Assembly: GCA_976551045.1 (NCBI GenBank) | Contig: CDPCPM010000793.1 | Location: 1 to 64,000 of the forward strand | Origin: Glaucostegus cemiculus | Taxonomy: Eukaryota | Length of the DNA: 64,000 nt | Direction: 5' to 3' | Part shown: positions 47,301 through 61,615 of the stretch, piece by piece | How the letters are laid out: every line of letters starts with the position of its first letter | Position numbering within the stretch: position 1 is the stretch's first letter | Notes under the pieces: generated by a model | The model's input: the letters and a program-made list of their open reading frames with translations, nothing else | Told to the model about the DNA's origin: nothing | The model's database searches: none | Program-made: the position numbers and the translations under genes

Positions 47301-50300
47301 GAAGGCTGAATAGCCCCTTTAAGACAATTATCATTCTGCAGGTGTTATCTGGTGGGATGCAATGAGTGTTAGTATAATAGAGCAAGTGCTTGCAGTTTAA
47401 ACAGGACGAAAGATTTTGGACACCAGCTCCTGTTCAGAGTCCCCGCACTGCAAATCCAAATGCTTACCAATCAATATGTGCAGTAAATGAACACAGTGAA
47501 AGAAATGTGTGGCTGCGGTTTTTCGCTTTATCCCACATACCGCTGCCTAACGTCACTTGTACCTGGTCTAACCCTACACTACCTCAAATCTGGGAAAAAT
47601 ATGGCTTTGATTGCCGTAACCTGCAGTCTGTTCCCTCTGCTATAGGCTAAAATTGCCCTTTTTGACCCTTCTCCCTACATGGCCAGAAATCAAATAAAAA
47701 TCCAAATGCAATATCGGCGAGCATGTGCGCTGTGTATCAGAGAGCAGCGCACATAGGCCAGTGCTTGGAAGATCCATGCTTTGAAACGGTAACGGAGATT
47801 TCAATTTCCCCACATCTTAAGAAGAAAGGTTTAAAATCTGGTTTTGGAGAAATGCACAATGTAAAGCCCGGTCACTACAATGTTTATCACCAAAACGGAT
47901 AGTTCATTGATTCTTAAACATTGCCTTTGAGCAGAACCGCAGGTCATTAATACCCGAACCTCGTTTCACAGCAACTCCCGGAGCTGTGCGGTGTTGTAAA
48001 TGTGACCATATGACAGGGTTTCCCGTCAAAATAACCCGAGAACCACCAAGACAATTTTAAACAGAAACTTTTCGATGCAGAAAGCAAAAGCCTGTTGTGG
48101 ATATTAATCCATAAACTGCTCTTTTGAAATAAAATTGATAACATATTAATTAATAATTGAACCTTTGAAAATATATATTAGAAGGAAAGACACGTTCCTG
48201 TGATTCTGAAATATACAATTGTCAGCATTTCTTTCCTATGTTTTCTTGAAGCCTAAGATTTTGGATTTAATCACATTTGGGAATGTAAATTTTGAGGTAA
48301 TCTCAGTGCTTTTTGGAACCTGCTGCAGCCGCTGGATAGCTAACCGTATATCCAATGTCGATGGAACCCCACAGAGTGTTGCTTTGCATCCTCCTTTTCC
48401 AAGTACAGGGGAGACAACTTAAACCCCTGTGTTGACAACTGACCTTATTCATACAGGACACATATATCTGACACACAGCCCAGCACGCTTCATTCTTTTG
48501 CTAAGCCAAATTATTTGGATTGTAAAAGCAGATCTTACTAGCCTTACAATCGATTTTCTATTGATAATAATGCAAACTAATTTATTGGAAACCAAACAGA
48601 TATGTGAGATGAGGCTGATTTTTCTTGATACCAGTATAGGTGACTTGCTTTTCTGTAGCGATCTGGATGTTGACTTGCCCAGTTGAAGCTTATGGCTAAG
48701 CTGACCATCTGTCATTCAATTAACGTTTCAGGGCAGCTGATCTGTAACCAGAAGGGTCAGCGACCCCAGGACAAACCTAAAGCTGCCAGAGAAAGGCGAC
48801 AAAAGTTCAAATGTTAAACGCTTGGCACTTCTTCGAGGCTGGGCAGGTCAGAATATTTGCCTATGTAAAGCTTGCATTGAGTGCTCGGGGGAGACTGCAC
48901 CCGGATTCGATTTAAAGCTATTGTACCACTTTGTTCTTTCAGATGACAAACACACTTTTAGTAAACAATAGATTACAGGATTTGGATTTTTTTTAAACGC
49001 CACGTTTAAAGTTATATCAACTGTACAGTAGATTTGAGCAACATCTTTTTCCCTCTCTTGTAATTGAGCTAATTCCCCTCAACGGAGATGCTCTAAAGTG
49101 ATTGGAAAACAGAAAGGCAAAATCGTTGTAAATTAATGAAACTGACTTGAAAGTGCTTCATTGATTTGTCAGTAAGCGGGAAAATTTACTACCGCGTCAT
49201 CATAATCACAACCCCCACCCGGTTCATGATTAAATTCTCAGATACTGCAAATTCTAATCAAGAAAACTTACTTAAATTTGAAACAGCGTATTAACTAGGG
49301 AGGATTCTATGATACTTTGCATTATGCATAGGTTGTCATTATAAATTGACGTTTAGAATGTTACCCTGCCGATGCGTATTCTATAAAAGCAACACGCACT
49401 CCCAATACCATAAACTAAAGGAACACAGGTCCAACGAGTTAGCTGAAGCTTTCACACAAAACACTAAAACAAATTAAGTTTTCGCTATGCTAATTTAGCA
49501 GCCATATATATTTAACCAGCGACGTCGCTGGAGCAGGTATGGATGGATTTATTTTAAAAAAACAAATGTAATCTATAACCAGAGTTAATCTGCATCTCTG
49601 CCCTTTGAGGAATGGTCGTTCTGTCCAAATTTGTTTTGTAACATGCTCCAAATTTGTGCATTTAAAATACTGCAGGTGGGAAGCGGAATGATATTGCGAT
49701 ATTTTCTGGCAAACAACTCAATTTCGACATCCGATCAATTCGTCACGAATTTTTAACCTTTTAGCCATCATTTGCTTTTTGGATTCAAGGAAGTGAACCT
49801 CTTCCTAATAACACATTATCAAATCCAATCCTCAAGTGTTGAGGCGCATAGCTATTAATATTCTAAAATACAGCTGGTCTTCGGAAATTTGTAGGATATT
49901 ATTCAGTTTAATAGCTTCTGAAGATATTGAAAAATCAGCAGAAATTATTTCAGGTCACGTGGAAGGTCTCAGCTAGTTTCATTGTCATAAAATCCATCCT
50001 GATTCAATATTCCTTCACATCCAATTCTCGGGATTGTTAGAATGATAATGCGGATTCCTTTTAAGCACCTTTGCATTTAAATTTGGACAGCTTCACAATC
50101 CGCTGGAGGAAAAAATGATGTTGATCGTGGAGCAAAACTGGAGTCAGAACTGACGGCTTCTGATTACTTATTACACGAGAATGAATCTGGATCTTATTGA
50201 CATCAGTTCAAATGACACAAGTGATTGCAGTTAGATACAATTTTATTGGAATAAACAGTTCATAATAAACATGAAGAACAAATCCACATTTGTTCATTCT

Positions 50301-50413
50301 CAATTTCCAATTAAAGTACATATAAATAAACAATATGTAACTTCTGTAAAATAACTGTTGCTTCAGAAAAATAAACTTAGCATGACATTTAGACTAGACA
50401 CAGGTAGTTAATA

Positions 50414-50455
50414 TGTATACCCCTGTGAGAATTTTTATCCTCACAGGGGTATACA
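50414..50455. repeat. Perfect 16-bp inverted repeat with 10-nt loop
   Basis: TGTATACCCCTGTGAG-aatttttatc-CTCACAGGGGTATACA. Confidence 0.9.
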
Positions 50456-50994
50456 AAGGTAGCAAGGATTGGAAGGTATTGTTCCCTATGTAATAATCTC
50501 TCATTTTCACCTGTCCTTTTTCTTCTCCTTTTCTAATAAGCACATGGTTCTTTACAGCTTCAAAGACAAGATAATTTCACAGTTAGTTATTGCGCTAATA
50601 AGAACTTTCATCACTCCGGCTGAATAATACTATGTATGTTTAATTCAAAGTCACTTAGTTTGAATTATCTGATAATTCATTTTTAACGTACTGCGTTGGT
50701 GCCTTTCCATGTTATTTATACTGCTTCATTCAAATTACTGAATAATTCACTTTTTAGGGCAACAGGAGCTTAGAATTATCAGGAGCAGACTATATTTCAA
50801 ATTACAAGCATTTGGATTAAAATGGTCATCCACATGAAGCACAGCAGATACTAAAAGCCAACAACACTTTCAGTCCTGCAATGTATTATTTCTGTATTTT
50901 GAAAGGTATGATAATTCATTCCTGGAAATAACTTTTTTTTTGTCTGAAATATCTTAGGGAGGACTAAGATTCGTAAAAAAAAAATCCATATTTT

Positions 50995-51362
50995 TCAGGA
51001 TCTGGGCATTGCTGGAATGACCAGCATTTATTGACCATCTCTGGTAGCCCTTGAACTGAATGACTTGCTAGGTACTTTCAGAGGACATTACAAGAGTCAA
51101 CCATATTGGTGGGTCTGAAGTCACACGTAGGCAAGTCCAGGAAAGGACAGCAGCTTTCCTCTACTGATGACCATTAGTGAACCAGATTGGTTTTTACAAC
51201 AATCCAGTAGTGTTTGTTCTTTAGAGGTTAGTTAAATGAAAGGTTATTAACTATTTAAATTCTTCATGCATCATGCTTGGATTTGAACTCATGTCTCTGG
51301 ACTCTTAGTCCAGGCTGTTGGATTATTAGTGTGGTAATTTAACTGCTGCCCCACTACCATTA
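50995..51362 (-). mobile_element. tRNA-derived SINE; first TE upstream of the TE-free block
   Basis: Minus-strand B-box GAGTTCAAATCC (~51280-51291); colinear with 13945-14290. Confidence 0.65.
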
Positions 51363-54300
51363 CCCTATAGGAATGAGATAACACTCTGTTTACATTAATA
51401 TAAGACTGAGAGATATGAGTTATAATGCTGGCTTTATATCACAATTTACTCAGGCCACATACATATATATGATTCTGCACAGCAGTTTCCATTTGATTAG
51501 CACTAATTTAATGTTAGTGTAAGTGGCACAATTAGCTTTCTAATAAAAAGCCAAAGATGAAAAGATGTTTGCTAGAGGTTGTTTTTAAAGGTTCCTTCAG
51601 TTGCTTCTAATCATGAGTATAAATCACATTGTTATGAATATTTTTATGGAAAAAAATTAGAATCATATCTACACAAGGTAGTTTTCATTAAGAAACATAA
51701 AATGCTCTTAGCTTTAATGGTGTTCTACTTAAATTATCATTATAGGGAATTTTTCAGTTGCTAATTAAGGGTGAAGACATTGAAGCTGGGGTGATTTTGA
51801 TATTATTCTGCAGTTATAGCTAATCATATCCTTCATGGGGTTAAAGGTCAGGTAAGTGACACCAACGATACATAACAATTATATCAAGATTATATTATAG
51901 TTCAAGGAACAAAATAGGATAAATGTATTTTGAGTGAAAGATTCTACTCCCACCTCCCCTCACGTGCCTCCCCTCACCTAACTGTAGGTGTGAATGACGC
52001 TTCTCCAATAGCCTCACTGAAATTCAAGCTATCTGTACTTCTCTTCCTGGGAGGCCACACTGAAAATCTCACAACACAGGTTGGGAAGGAAACACTTGGG
52101 TGGCTTTAGTACAGACCAAAGTTGTTTATGTAACTAATTGGGGAATCATGTATAGTACATCATAAAATATCAAAGTGATTTTATTCAAAGTAAATGGACT
52201 GAACCAACAGTTTTCTTAAAAAACTAAAAATTATTAATGACCCTATTGCTTTTAATACTGCCTTTCTTATTTCTAACAACCGTTTTCAAACTGAAATGTA
52301 AAATTAATATCTTAAAACAATTTACCATTGTTTTGCTACAGTTTACCATTGTTTCATCAGCAAGGAACAATATAAAATTGTACAAGTACTGAAACTTCAT
52401 TTACATGGATATGCCATTATAAGTATTAACTTCCTCCACAGCATTGCAGGTGTCCAGCAATAATTCAAGAAATGTACTAGTAAATATATCATCTATGAAG
52501 TATTCTGTTAAGCTGAATATGATTTTGCAGAAAGGAATACACAGATGCATACGCACACACATACACAATATTACATGTAGCACGATCTCAGTTTATCTAA
52601 TATCACATAATTAAACAGTATACAAATGTTTTGGATGGATATCAATGTTAAAGATCCATCAGACAGCAGTTTTCTGATGGCAGTAATTCACAATACGCGC
52701 TGCAGTCTCAGGCCTGGTGTTGGACTTCTGTTATGCTGTTAAACGTAATCCCAATTCTTTATGAAACTAATCTAGTAAAGTAAGGCCAAAAATGAATGCC
52801 TAGATCTACTAGAAGTGCATAAGCATGTTTCTTCTCGGGTTTCTGTTTAATGTGTGTGCACCGACATTCAAAGCTTTCAAAGATGATTTATCAAGTTTGT
52901 TTCAGAGTGCATGTTATTAATAATGTGTGCCCATTCATGTTGGCCTATGGATTTCACTGGAAAAAATAGCAAGTACAACATATACAATTACATTTGCTTC
53001 CTCGGGCTTGACAGCAATAACTTATCTCCTCTGTTGTTACTGCGTTTGCGCAAACTTGTCTTCATATGTTATAAACCATTTCATTGCACTTAATATCTGG
53101 ACATATTCTGTTACAGACTGCAGCCATTCTGGTTGTCACTGTGGTACTAACTATGATAACCGGAGGCTTTCGATGTCATGGAAACTGATTTATTTCTCAA
53201 TTAATGGTTTAAAATGAAGATTCAAGGTGCACCAAATTCAAATCTGCAGGTAGATCTGAAAACATTCACTATCTTTAGAAAAAACAGCTATTTCTTAGTT
53301 TTATAATCTACAAACCTAAGCTTGTATTTGAGTGCAAAGTACTCAATTTCTGCATTTTGTACTGCACCTCTTTATGGATTTTTAAAATATTAGGTCCTTT
53401 ATATATTTTGTGTCATATATGAAAATCATTTGAGAATGCATAAGGTGCAAAAATGTACCAACCTGATTACAATAAGAGGCTCAATTATGAGAATGGAATC
53501 ATGTCATTTGTTTTAAGAAAGCAAGATTAAGGTTGAAATCTCTGAAATACTTTTTTAAAATAGTGAATGCTCATGGTATTGGTGTCTGGGGCAGCCTGAA
53601 GGAATGTTTGAGTCAAGCTAAAAAACTGAACTTGTTTCTACAGATCTGAAGTTGCAGTAACATGGGTTAATGAAGGTATCAATTGCTGTTAATTCTGCTC
53701 TCTTACACTGTCAAAATCAGTAAATCTTTCAATTTAGTATCACTAATAATAAGACAGAAACTGGTCAAACATTGTTGGTGAATAGACATTTCTGAATGAA
53801 ACCTTGCTTCATCAAGTTCCCTCAATAAGCTGACTTAATGCACAACATGACATTTCAGAAGTAATTAACAGGGTATATTCTTACACTGCATTTTAAAATC
53901 AGTACCTGATTTAATTTGGTAAGGGCATTTTGATTTGTCACCACCCATTACATTCAACTACTGCATTGTCTGCAGGTCAGCTTTTGTAACTGAGCATAAC
54001 AATTCTGAATATTCAAATTTAAATGAGCTACCAGTGAAACAGTTCTTCCATATATTGACCCATTATAAAGGCCATTAGTGAATTGGAGATATGTTTCAAT
54101 TGGATAAACTTCAATACTTACAAGATTTGTAAAAGGCTATAATAAACATCAATGCATTTTTTGCAAGATATCATGAATAGGATGTACAGACAAAAACATT
54201 TAAAAAAATTCAGAGACAATAATGGCAAAGATGTGAACAGGTTGTGACTTTGAAGAGACAGGATTCCCTATCATTGTTTCTTCGAGTTATGCTGCTGAAA

Positions 54301-57300
54301 TTCTTACTATTTTATTAATGTCTCTCTGTGACCTCTTCCCCTTTTTTAATCTTTCTCCAAGCTTTATACATTTATGGTCTAAAAAGGAAATCATGCATAA
54401 ATACCCAATGTTGCATAATTGTTTTGCATTGGCAAGCTTGTATCATGATTTACAAAACTTGTCCAATCCCTTTGATGACCAGAAAACTCCTTACAGATAT
54501 TAAAGTCTAATTCTTTAACTCCACTTTCAGGCAGAATGGCAATATCCTTAAGAATGCAAAATTGTTTTAAATCTTGAAGTCAAGGGTTGAACAATTTCAT
54601 TAAGTTTGACCAAATAGCAGCTTGCAGAATATGGGTTAGATTAACCCTAGTTTACTAAGTCTGTTGATATAATAGTTGCTTTTAGAGCAGGGATATTACT
54701 GTTCACTGATGGGTACATAAGGGTCAGGAGCTGATTGTTCAGTCTCTCAGCTCTGCTTCCCAATTTAATAAATCAAATTTCATCTACACCTTAACACTAT
54801 TTACTACTTCTCTGTATCTCTTGTCAGCCTTATCCAACAAAATCCATCTCAGTCTTGTCCAGGCATCCATGGCCTTTTGAGGGAAGGGTCCCACATTTCC
54901 TCTGCATCAAAGTAGTGTAGATTTAGTCTTTGAATAATCTAGCGCTGACATCATTGTACTTGTTATTTTTGATTTCTTCCACCCAGGGAAATAATGATCA
55001 ATTTCTGTTAATCTTTTAAAGAAACTGCCAAGTTTATGCAGCTGCACTTTAAACTTACCCCTTGTAGCTCAAATATACAGTCATCATTTGCAGTTGGCCT
55101 TTTGATTGATATCAATTGCACAGCTTCTGAGAATGGGATATCATTGGATGGGTGATGCTTTATGAATCTCATTGGGTGGGAAGGAAACAACATACTTAAT
55201 TGGTGCCAAATATTCAGTACAATTTTGTCTACTTCTTCAAACAGCATATTTCTTCCTTTGCAGATAAAAGTTAATAAATCTTTGTGGATCTGCATTATAA
55301 CAATGGCAATTATTCATTATATGCACTTTTAGGAATCTCCAGCTTAAATAAATCCATGATTGTGGAGCTGCAAGTATATGAGGCATTTTGTATTGGTCAT
55401 CTCCTCCTCTGTCACTTTAGTCTATGTGTGGCTGGGTTTCTACCTCTTCCAGTTTTAATAAAGAACAATTACTCTAATACAATGGTTACTGACACATAAC
55501 ACACTTCACTTCCCAAGATGCCATGTTAAGGCCTATGAGCTGCAGTTTCCTGGTAACAGAAAAAAATTCCTCCAGGTATTCTGAACCAATATGTTATTGA
55601 TCAGTAGAATGATGAATGGTGAGTAATAGAATTGCTTATCTAGTTTCAGGCAGGAAAAGCAAGGAAAAAAATGTTGCATCTGCATATTTCTATGGTCTCG
55701 CAGGCTGCAAGTGAATCTACAAACCATGGCCTGCATTAACACTGATTGTAGACAAATAGGTTTGCTGATTTGTGCATCACCTTTATTTAAATGATTGTCT
55801 TATATTTATAACATTAAAAATAATGAACCTAGGTTCATTTTTTCAAGGTCCCAGTTATGATATTAGAATTATAGATGACAGGTGTAAATCTTTCTTTTAA
55901 AGAAAAGCTCTAAATCTCTTGCATTACTACAATGTATTTAATGTAATAAATCACCTTAAGGTGGATCACAGGCCGAATCTGAAACCAAGTCGCATAAGCA
56001 GATTTTCAGACGTGTGGGCAAATGTCAGCTCAAAGAGCTTTAAGGTGCTTCTTAGAGGAAGTTTAGGAGGTGAAAAGATTTAGCAATGGAAATGCAGGGC
56101 TTATGACACAGGCCAGAGTTTTCCAACCTGGTTGTTGGCTGGAAGGAATGTGGGAGAGGCATCAAAAACCATTGGTGCCCAATGACGCTTTGTCAGTTAG
56201 GTAATTTAGCTAGAATGGTCAGAAAAAGAGCAAAAATAAATACAAATATATTCAGCAAGCTGTCTGTCCTGGCTGCAGGGAAATTCGCACTCCTTTAATT
56301 CCTTAGAAGCAGTGGTCCTGCATTTATAGGGACTAGTGGGCCCATGTTTCACTGAGTACAAACAAGCTAGGCTTTCATTCACAAAGATTGGGAACCACCG
56401 CCTCAGACATCTGGCGGTATGGTCACCAATGGTGGTGCATGAAAAGCAAAGGCTCAGAGCTCCCATTGGTCATCAGGGCTCTACAGATGAGGCCAACATA
56501 CAAAATTCAAATTTGAGGCATTGCTGAGAAGTATTCTAATCTGTGATGGTATTTAATCTTTCCGACATAAACGTTTGGTAGCGGAGGCATCACTAATAAC
56601 TGACAACAAATTAAAATGCCAGAACCACTGTGATGTAGGTCTATTGCTGTTTGACACATGTTGATATAAACACTGTTCTGGCTGCAGGTAACTCATCAGT
56701 GACAGTTTGTGAAAGAGACACATCATCTTAACATATCTGTTTCTTCAAGGTTGTCAGCAACAGGAAAGCTTTAAGTGACTACAATGACGGTAAATAATCT
56801 CCAGCCTACAGACATCTAACTACACGATCACTCCAGTTACAGAGTACAATTTCCAACTTCTGTCATTTGACAAATTAAACTTAAATATACAATTAATGCC
56901 TGTTAAAACCAGAGATGAACTTAGCAGTTAGTTGAATGGAAAATATTTTGAAACAAAATTGTGAGGAATTTTCAATAAATATAAATATTGTAGGCTGAGC
57001 CTTTAGTAATAAATGGTAAGAAGTATTTTTAATTTATAAATCATAATGACACCTTAAAAAATCAATGACATGCTTTAAGAGAATTGCTCACCATAGGGGG
57101 TGCTAAAATTTAAGATCATCTACAAAAATTACAGAACTGAAATTAAATCAAAGCAAGCCTTCACAGGGTCTTGTGGGTTGTGAGCAGGTACACAGTAATT
57201 TGAAGTATTTGTAGTAGCTGAGGCTTGTCATTTGAGATGTGATAAGAAATAATTTGTAATAAGCGAGCTACCTTCTTTAATTGTCTTCTGCTGAAGTGGA

Positions 57301-59289
57301 GAGTCCCAGTAATGATTTATTGCCCCGCTGCCTGTCTGCTGATAACTGGTCACCAAATGGCTCCTCATTACTCAAAGCTCCTTCATTCTCTATAACCAAA
57401 ATCTTTTCCCATTAGTCCAGTTTTGTTCGAAGGAAATGAATGTAAGGCCTTCTAGTGTAAGCCCATAAACTATTTTAGTATATAAAAAAAATCATAAATA
57501 ATGGGGGGAAATCTTGTTTGCTACGCCTGCTGGATCAACTGCCTCTTGGCCTTTTGATAGCATCTTTGAAATGGAAATGCCCAGCTGCCTGACCTTCTGT
57601 TCAATGACCCTTTTGTACAAAGTCAAATCACCGTGGCTTTGCAGAAGCCCAATCACAGCAATTCACCTGATGGATACTCTATGCCTTTAATACCATTTAC
57701 AAAAAATATATAGAATATTCCACATTAACTGATTTCATGACAGCACACATCAAAATAGCTGAAATTTTACAGGTTAAAAAGTGTATATTAAAATCACGTG
57801 GAATATTATTTTAAATGGTTTCTTTTGCCATTTAGTGCAATTTTATGATTCATAACCAGTTAAAGTGCAAGAGAATTACATGTAACTTATAACAAGTAAA
57901 CCCAGTGTATTGCTCTGTTGCTGAGATAGTAATAAACAGAGAAAAGTTGCAGCAGAATTGCTGCAAACATTTTGTGATAGTGACTCAAAGGACATTTATA
58001 TAAGCTCAGTTTTTCTGTACGAATTAGTAAATCCTGTGTAAAACCCATTGACTACCATCAGAAAGGTTACACTGATAATTACCCTTCCACAAAGTAAGGT
58101 GATGTATTACTCAATTGTTTGAATATTTCAGTTTATTTTCACTCACAAGGTGGGGCAGGGCTTGACTTGTTTAATTTGTGTAAATTGCAGTTTATTGGAA
58201 TGCTGAATTGAGAGTGAGAGGAGAGGAGGTTGTTGGCTGGCAAGTATGTCAAATTTCTCAGTGAGTGCATGAAACAATAGGGTTCACAACAATGTGGCAA
58301 GCTGCCCAGTTTCTCAGCACACAAAAACTGGTTCATAATTACACTATAATTCAATCAGAAGTCTTTTGCTGCAGATAAGTCCCTAATGAAATTAGGATTC
58401 TATGCAAAGTTAACACTGAATACAGACATTCAAAAATTGGTAGATCACATCAGGACTACTTTCTATATAATCCCTCACAGTGTTGTACTCAGTTAATATC
58501 CAATTTGTAAAATTGGACTCTGCAAAGACACAAGGTTATGGCTGGCATGTTATAACAGAGCCATTACATTTCCCATTCGGACACTTCATCACTCCAGCTG
58601 CCCTGTTCTATATCTAATTTACTTACATTTATCTGCTGCACACATTAGGCAATTGGCTTCAGACAGGATGTGGAAAAGCACCTTAAATACTTGGAATGGA
58701 AGGACAGGTTTATTGAAGCTTTTACCTATTGCAGGAGAGTAACTCCACAAACCACAAATTCTTGTGGAGTTAGGTAATGAGGAAACATGCCCAGACCAAC
58801 TTCAACCTGTAAATAATTTCTGTATTTTTTTAAACAAAGTTGAACTGGAATAATTTCCCACTTCCTCAGTTTGAGGAAAAGTTATGTTAGGTGTAAACAA
58901 CACAACTGTAAAGGTAGTGATGAGGAAATCTTTTGTCTCTAGCTTACACCATAACTTCTAAAATAAAATAAAACAGCGACTAAACAGGGATGACTCATAA
59001 AACACAATACTGCCTCATAATTTCAAGGAACCCTAGTATGAGAAACATTTTACTGAGTACCAGAAATAAAATACTGCAGGAGGTGGATAACTGAAATTTT
59101 AAAAAAGGAAAATGCTGGGAATATTTAGCAGTTCGGGTCATGCCTGGAGAGAGGAACAGAGTTAATGTTTCAGGGGGATGACTTTTTGTCAGGATTGTGT
59201 TATTACAGGTTGTAAACAAGAACAGTGGAGGGAGAGACGTAAGGTGAGGTCTGAGTATGGCTGGGAAAAGGGTGTGGTTAAATAATACA

Positions 59290-59890
59290 AATTAGGAAAT
59301 TTAGTTAAGTACATGGAAAGGAAGGACTTGGAGGGAAATGCCAAATGTGGGAAAATGGGACTAACCTGGTGGGTACCATGGTCAGCATGGAGGAGTTGGG
59401 CTGAAGGGCCTGTTTCCATGCTGTATTACTCAATGACTCTTTGAAGAGGAGGAGGACATTCAGTCACTTGAGCTACTTCACCATTCAGTAAGGTCACACC
59501 TGATCTCATTGTGGCCTCTGCTCTGCATTCTCACCTACCCTGGTAACCTTTCACCCCCTTGCTTATCAAGAAACTAATTCTGCCATAAAAATACTCAAAC
59601 ACTCTGCTTCCACTGCCCTTTGAGGAGAAGAGTTTTCCAAAGACCCATAACCCTCTGGGAGAGGAAAAAGAAAGTCACCTAATCTATGTCTTAAATGTAT
59701 TTTCAGCAGCATTTTCAGTTCTACATTGTCTCACAAAAGGAAAAACACTCCACACCCTATCAAGATACCCCAGGATTTTATATGTTTCAATTAAGTCATC
59801 TTTCACTTGACTAAATTCTAGCAGATACAAGCCTAGGCTGTCTAACCTTTCTGTGTAAGGACCATCCATTCCAGTTACCAACCTAGTGAG
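59290..59890. mobile_element. Two tail-to-tail CR1-like 3' ends (+ 59290-59445; - 59450-59890)
   Basis: GGGCTGAAGGGCCTGTTTCCATGCTGTAT tail; minus ORF YTERLDSLGLYLLEF..VKDDLIETYKIL. Confidence 0.75.
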
Positions 59891-60779
59891 CCAATGGATA
59901 GCCCAGCTGGTCCTTCTGAGGATTTCCAGCTTTTATTTTTTCTTAGTACATTGTTTATTCCCTTTGGACCAAGCTTAGATATGCCTGATTCTGTCTGATC
60001 TCAGAAACTAAGTAATGTGGTTGGTACTTGGATGGATGAAGGATTCAGAGCATCAGACGCAGCTAGCTTACCTGGAAAGTACAGGGTGCTTCAGCTGAGG
60101 ATCACCTATGATGCAAATTTTATTGTTAACTCTAAAGAACCCCAGCAGCCACACCTGGCCTTAGGATGGACTTTTGGTACTGTTTATATTTTTATGACAG
60201 CTACCTTATACATAGGTTTACATTAGGAGGAGGGACTAAAGAGGTTGCTCAATGTTAATCTGTGGGTAACCTCAGCCCAGACTGGATCCATTCATCCTTT
60301 CTGCTGTCGCTGAAGAAGCTCTTCATCCCAACATAAGTAACTTCAGTATAAAGGCAACATTAAAGTTTCAGACAAGATTCATAATGTGGATTATTTTCTG
60401 TCCTTGTGAAAGCAGGAAAGGTAGTGAAAGAGCAATGAGATAGTTTCCAGCATCACTGCATGTAGAAAGTTGTAGACGAAGCATGAAAGAAAGCTAGAAC
60501 CACAACTAAAAAATAGCATTATATCAACTGTCAGGAAAAGAACAATAACAACCTCCATGTATATTGTTCATTTGATGAAGGGTAAACATCCCAAGGCGAT
60601 TCGTAGAAATGTATTCAGTCAAAAATAGAGGGCGAGTGACAGTGGAATGTATTAGCAGGGATGTTCAAAAAGATAGGTCTAAGGAGAGAGAAGAAAAGAT
60701 TTAGCAAGTTAATTCCAAACCATCAAATTTAAACAGTTGAGGCACCAACAACAATTCTAAAGGAGTTACAAGAATAAAG

Positions 60780-61447
60780 AGATCTGGGGAAAGATATGGA
60801 TAGTTTGCTGAAAATAGTGCAGCTTATTGAGGAAACACATTGAATCCTGGGCTTTGTAGAACGAAGAACAAAATATAACAGCAAGGAAATCATGATGAAT
60901 CATTGTAATTGGCTAATTGTGCCAAATTCTGACCACCACACGTTAGGAAAGATGTACAGATTTTGGAAGAGGTGCAGAAGAGATTTACCAAAGCGATTTC
61001 AGGAATGAGGGACTATTTATGGGGATAGACTGCAGAAGCTGAGATTGTTTTACTTGGAACAAAAGAGGTTGCAAGGGGCTCTGACAGAGATATGTAAAAA
61101 CAAAGAAAGGTATCGGTAGAGTTGGTAGACAACTGTAGCTCTACCCTTTCATTTGGAAAAGAAGTCATAAACAAGTGGACATTGAAAGAAGGTGATTGGC
61201 AGGAGAAGGAGTTTCTTTCAATGCAGTGAATGGTTAGGGTCTGGAATGCACTGCCGGGAGCAGCAGGGGAAGTAGATTCAATTGTAGTGTTCAAAGTGAG
61301 CTGGATATGTATCCAGGAGAAGAATCTGCAGGGCTACTGGGAGAGGGCAGGGGAGTGGGACTATTTGGATTCCTCTTATATTGAGTCAGTACAGACTTGA
61401 CAGGCTGAATGGCCTCCTTCTGTGCCATAGCCATTCTGTGATTCTGT
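60780..61447 (+). mobile_element. CR1-like LINE 3' fragment
   Basis: RKDVQILEEVQKRFTK; WNALP; tail GGCTGAATGGCCTCCTTCTGTGCC..ATTCTGTGATTCTG. Confidence 0.8.
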
Positions 61448-61615
61448 AATCAAAAAGAGGAAGGATGTGCAAGAGGCTAGATGTGAAAAGGTGTTGATTT
61501 TGAGGATGAGGTGGTGGAGGAGGTTACTGAGATAGGAAGGCCTGAAACTTGTGAGATTCAAATCTGAAGATGAAATTTTTAAATTAGAGGTCTTGGGGGA
61601 CTGGGATCCAATGTA

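Noticed and set aside
58740-58772. 11-bp inverted repeat TAACTCCACAA/TTGTGGAGTTA
   Set aside because: Short enough to arise by chance in 64 kb.
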